A stretch of DNA of 55,306 nt. It comes from Patescibacteria group bacterium (GTDB lineage: Bacteria > Patescibacteriota > Minisyncoccia > Phycocordibacterales > UBA9973). Below the pieces are notes generated by a model. It was not told the DNA's origin and did no database searches. It was given only the letters and a program-made list of their open reading frames with translations. The position numbers and the translations under genes are program-made. The DNA lies in contig JAZKBO010000001.1 in assembly GCA_040388575.1 (NCBI GenBank), positions 74,776 to 130,081 of the forward strand. The letters are read 5' to 3'. Positions 51,700 through 55,306 of the stretch are shown piece after piece (the first letter of the stretch is position 1; the number at the start of each line of letters is the position of its first letter).

Positions 51700-52299
51700 A
51701 TGCAAGGCAGTAATAATGGGCAAACATTCGTATTTTTCGGTATCGTGGGCTCTGGCAAAGGGACCCAGATAAAGCTCCTGCAAGAGTTCCTGAAGGCTAA
51801 GGATGGCATGGGGCAGGTGGATGCTTACCCTGGGAGCGAGTATCGAAAGCTGGCAGCCTCTGGAAATTACACTGGGGAGCTTTTAAAAGACTCATTGACT
51901 CGGGGACACCTACAGCCGGACTTTCTAACAGATGCCCTCGTCACAAATATTTTGATTCCAAATATGGCCCCGGAGAAGCATTTGATTTTCGACGGCTATC
52001 CACGTACATTGTTGCAGTCCGAGAACCTGGAAGAAATGGTAGATTTCTACCTAAGGAAAGATGTAAAAGTTATTTACATCGAAGTTGGTAAAGAGGAAGC
52101 GATGAAGAGGAATCTACAGCGCGGCCGAGCCGATGATACTCCAGCGGGGATAGAGAAGAGGTTCGATGAATATATGACCAAAGTTATCCCAGCAATGGAT
52201 TATTTTAAAAATAGAAAGAACTACACTATGTACACTGTTAATGGCGAGCAGGGGATGGAGGATGTGCATAAGGATATTATTAAGGCACTTGGATATTAA
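51700..52299 (+). CDS. adk: adenylate kinase
   Basis: FFGIVGSGKGTQ P-loop and FDGYPRT motif. Short LID with no zinc cysteines. Trimmed to ATG 51700. Confidence 0.85.
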   Translation: MQGSNNGQTFVFFGIVGSGKGTQIKLLQEFLKAKDGMGQVDAYPGSEYRKLAASGNYTGELLKDSLTRGHLQPDFLTDALVTNILIPNMAPEKHLIFDGYPRTLLQSENLEEMVDFYLRKDVKVIYIEVGKEEAMKRNLQRGRADDTPAGIEKRFDEYMTKVIPAMDYFKNRKNYTMYTVNGEQGMEDVHKDIIKALGY

Positions 52300-52300
52300 T

Positions 52301-52933
52301 ATGGAAGAGAAAATTATTATTTCCCTAGGCGGGTCACTCATAATCCCGGAAGAAATTGATGTGGATTTTTTGCGTAATTTCAAAGACGTTATTTTTGAGC
52401 AAGCAACAAAAGGCAAAAAGTTTTATATTATCACCGGTGGTGGTAAAGTTTGCAGGAAGTACCAAGCCGCAGCCAAGGAGCTTGGAAATCCAACGAATGA
52501 AGAATTAGATATGATTGGAATTCGCGCCCTTAACCTTAATGCGGAGTTGGTGCGGACAATATTTAAAGGTAATGACAATGTGGTTGTGTATGGCGCCGAC
52601 AAACCCGGCAGTAGCACTGACCTCGGCGCAGTTATGCTCGCCAAAGAAAATGGCGCCAAGCAAGTAATTAATTTATCCAATATTGATTATGCCTACGATT
52701 CTGACCCGAAAATAAATCCAAGCGCAAAAAAGATTGAAAATATTTCTTGGGCGGAATATCGCAAGCTCATACCTGTAGAATGGAACCCAGGCTTGAGTAC
52801 TCCTTTTGACCCTATCGCATCAGCTATGGCAGAGAGTGAAAGGATAGAAGTGGCGATACTCAATGGTAAAAATATTTCAAATTTATCCAAGTGTTTGAAT
52901 GGTGAAGAATTTTTAGGAACCAAGATAAAATAG
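52301..52933 (+). CDS. pyrH: UMP kinase-like amino-acid-kinase family protein (archaeal-type PyrH)
   Basis: IIISLGGSLI, ITGGGKVCR and GSSTD motifs. Trimmed to ATG 52301, 1 nt after the adk stop. Confidence 0.7.
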   Translation: MEEKIIISLGGSLIIPEEIDVDFLRNFKDVIFEQATKGKKFYIITGGGKVCRKYQAAAKELGNPTNEELDMIGIRALNLNAELVRTIFKGNDNVVVYGADKPGSSTDLGAVMLAKENGAKQVINLSNIDYAYDSDPKINPSAKKIENISWAEYRKLIPVEWNPGLSTPFDPIASAMAESERIEVAILNGKNISNLSKCLNGEEFLGTKIK

Positions 52934-52942
52934 AAAAATAAA

Positions 52943-53710
52943 ATGGGAGTAATAATTAAAACTAAAGAAGAAATTGAAATTCTACGCGAGGGCGGTAAGC
53001 GCTTGGCTACTGTGCTGTATAAAGTGAAGGCTAAAGTGAAGGCTGGGGTTTCAACAAAAGATTTAGATGATTACGCTTTTAAGCTCATCACTGATATGGG
53101 TGATGTGCCTGCTTTTTTAAATTATCGTCCGGAGGGCGCATCAACACCCTTTCCAGCATCATTATGCACTTCAGTAAATGATGAAGTAGTGCACGGCATT
53201 CCAAGTCCGGATCGCATTCTAGAAGAAGGCGACGTTATTTCAATTGATCTAGGCCTCAAACATAAAGGGCTCTTTACCGATATGGCGCTGACCGTACCAG
53301 TGGGGGAAGTGGGGCCCGGGGCAGCTAAACTGCTGAAAGTAACCGAGCAAGCCCTGGACGTGGCTATAAATGCAGCCGAAGCCGGTAATAGCACTGGGGA
53401 CATCGGGCACGCGGTGGAGAGCTTTGTGGCTGGCAAATACGGTATTGTAGAGGTTCTAGCAGGCCACGGAGTGGGTAAGGCCATCCATGAGGACCCTTTT
53501 ATTCCCAATTTTGGTAAGGCAGGCAAGGGCGCAAAATTGGTTCCTGGTATGGTCATCGCGCTCGAGCCCATGTTAAACAACGGCACGAAGAATGTAACGC
53601 TGGATGACGACGGCTACACCTTCCGCACTGCGGACGGCAAAAAAAGCGCTCACTTCGAACATACTATCCTCATCACTGAAAATGGCCCCGAGGTTTTAAC
53701 TAAAATTTAG
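52943..53710 (+). CDS. map: type I methionine aminopeptidase
   Basis: VVHGIP, DLG, GHGVG and LEPM metal-ligand pattern. Confidence 0.95.
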   Translation: MGVIIKTKEEIEILREGGKRLATVLYKVKAKVKAGVSTKDLDDYAFKLITDMGDVPAFLNYRPEGASTPFPASLCTSVNDEVVHGIPSPDRILEEGDVISIDLGLKHKGLFTDMALTVPVGEVGPGAAKLLKVTEQALDVAINAAEAGNSTGDIGHAVESFVAGKYGIVEVLAGHGVGKAIHEDPFIPNFGKAGKGAKLVPGMVIALEPMLNNGTKNVTLDDDGYTFRTADGKKSAHFEHTILITENGPEVLTKI

Positions 53711-53731
53711 TTTTGTTGTATAATTGGGTGA

Positions 53732-55306
53732 ATGAATCCTTCCTTTTCTATTAAGGAAATGCCGAAATTTAAGAACCCTGAAGAGGAGTTGAATTATTTG
53801 CGCGCGCACGTGGCCAAGCGTGAAGAGGAGTTGATAGACAAGGGCCACTTTGAACACGCACAAAATGCAGCGCGCGATGTGATGCTGGAGTATAGTGATA
53901 TCCCCAAGAGGGAGGTGCTACATAAAGACCACATGCTGACGGATAAAGAAGAGAAGGGTATTGTCCTTGAGCTTAAACCCGAGCCGCATGATTCCGTTAT
54001 GGAGGAATTATTGGGAATAGTTATTACCAAAGGTGTGCGTAATGCGCTGGGGGTGGTGGAAGCGATGGGTAACCCGCACATTGATGATGACTTTCACCGT
54101 ATTTTAATTCAGTATCTTAAAACCGGGCAAATAAGCTTCGACTTCAAAGAAGGCTCACCGATGTATAAGTCCCTCAACATGACGCTTTTTGAAATTACCT
54201 TGCCGCCGCCGGAGGACGATGCTGATAAATCAAAAGGTTTCAAAGAATTTATCGGCGCCATGGAGCAGTTCTATGCCGGCATGCAATCCATCTCTATCGG
54301 CCGCAATAACGAGAAGGAAAATTATTTTACTTTAGAAGTTGCTCTCTCCAACGACAGCGATCAAGTAGTAGTCTACGCTGGGATACCGAACACTCACATT
54401 TCACTTTTTGAAAAGCAGGTTCTGGCCTTTTACCACAATGCCAAGATTCATGACGTTAAAGATGACTACAATGTCTTCAATAAAGAAGGTGGCTCGGCCG
54501 GAGCCTATGCAAGGTTTACGCAGCGTGCAGTTTTACCGATCAAAACCTACGACAACATCGAGCATGATCCGATGAATACTATTTTAAATGTCTTTTCTAA
54601 ATTACAAACAGTGGGGGAGGGGGCAGCGATCCAGCTAGTGGTAGCTCCTGCTGGAGATAAATTTATAAATGAATTCCATATTATCCTCGATGATGTTAAA
54701 GATGGCACTTCCGTCAAACATGCAGCGGATAATTTTTATAAATTCAGTCACGCCTTTGCCAAAGTGGGCAAGGAATTAATATTTGGTACCCCCAGGAGGA
54801 CCGAAGAAAAAAGTGACAAAAATATGAAGGGTCGCCGGGCCGTGGATGAGGGTGCCGCGGAGAAAATTGGGAATAAAATAAAAAGTACCATCATGAAAGC
54901 TAACATAAGGGTTATTGCCTCCGGCCCTACTGAGGATCGTGCACGGGCAATCCTACAAGAAATTGAATCATCCTTCAATCAATTCTCCGAGGCAGCTAGC
55001 AACTCTTTCATTTTCGAGCAAGCCAAGGGCAGCGATTTGAAAAGGTTATACCATGATTTTTCCTATCGTACTTTCGTTAACGATAAAATGATGCCGATGA
55101 ATTTGAAAGAGCTGGCCTCTGTATTCCACTTTCCAGTTGGTATTGGCAGCCAGCCGCAACTCAAGGAAGCTAAGGCCGGCATCGCGCCCGCACCGCCGAC
55201 GCCGTGCGGTGACGGCGTCAGCGGTGCGCTGCCCATACCACTTGCCGCCGCCACGGACTGCCGCCGCACGAGTGTGCTGCGCAGGTTGCTAGCGCGTACG
55301 ACGGGT
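53732..55306 (+). CDS. large conserved hypothetical protein, N-terminal part; resembles the region upstream of the ATPase core in VirD4/TraD-HerA-like proteins. 3' end runs off the window.
   Basis: Open frame of 525 codons from ATG 53732 with no stop (not in the ORF track because it is unterminated). LKELASVFHFP motif. The last ~40 codons change composition abruptly. Confidence 0.6.
   Translation, partial: MNPSFSIKEMPKFKNPEEELNYLRAHVAKREEELIDKGHFEHAQNAARDVMLEYSDIPKREVLHKDHMLTDKEEKGIVLELKPEPHDSVMEELLGIVITKGVRNALGVVEAMGNPHIDDDFHRILIQYLKTGQISFDFKEGSPMYKSLNMTLFEITLPPPEDDADKSKGFKEFIGAMEQFYAGMQSISIGRNNEKENYFTLEVALSNDSDQVVVYAGIPNTHISLFEKQVLAFYHNAKIHDVKDDYNVFNKEGGSAGAYARFTQRAVLPIKTYDNIEHDPMNTILNVFSKLQTVGEGAAIQLVVAPAGDKFINEFHIILDDVKDGTSVKHAADNFYKFSHAFAKVGKELIFGTPRRTEEKSDKNMKGRRAVDEGAAEKIGNKIKSTIMKANIRVIASGPTEDRARAILQEIESSFNQFSEAASNSFIFEQAKGSDLKRLYHDFSYRTFVNDKMMPMNLKELASVFHFPVGIGSQPQLKEAKAGIAPAPPTPCGDGVSGALPIPLAAATDCRRTSVLRRLLARTTG
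55185..55306. other. GC-rich terminal segment E (compositional switch inside a CDS)
   Basis: From roughly 55150-55200 to the window end the sequence is visibly GC-dominated (GCCGGCATCGCGCCCGCACCGCCGACGCCG...), unlike the 1.4 kb of the same ORF before it. Confidence 0.7.

Overview
This is a gene-dense, AT-rich bacterial chromosome segment. Native 60-nt lines that I counted by hand are about 25-40% GC. The gene content fits a small-genome Candidate Phyla Radiation (Parcubacteria-like) organism; that assignment is inference.

Content: secE-nusG-rplK with no rplA after it; rpsL-rpsG-(3 ORFans)-fusA-(insert)-tuf; and the S10/spc cluster rpsJ-rplC-rplD-rplW-rplB-(insert)-rpsS...rpsE-rplO-secY with no L30 gene. 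After secY come cmk/adk/pyrH-like kinases and map. There are also six tRNAs, pilMNO, a MarR plus MacAB-type efflux operon, an ABC-2 exporter, thyA-folA plus dCMP deaminase and MazG, msrB, VKOR, tsaE, tsaC-like, murB, a DEAD-box helicase, a patatin-like lipase and several large secreted ORFans.

Native genes mostly lack a Shine-Dalgarno sequence. They start in an AAATAT-ATG context, are leaderless, or abut a tRNA 3' end.

Main anomaly: four internal segments plus the last ~120 nt of the window jump to about 57-70% GC. Each internal one is a compact promoter / strong SD / ORF / GC-hairpin cassette. Two sit beside tRNA 3' ends, one lies between fusA and tuf, and one lies between rplB and rpsS. 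I see no recombinase and recognise no element class with this layout. It may be foreign DNA, a new kind of small cassette, structured RNA, or an assembly artefact.

Second anomaly: a 3.3 kb cargo island is bracketed by a perfect 34-bp direct repeat of the rpmB 3' end. The outer copy is a displaced, synonymously diverged gene end.

No CRISPR array, rRNA gene, transposase or integrase was seen.
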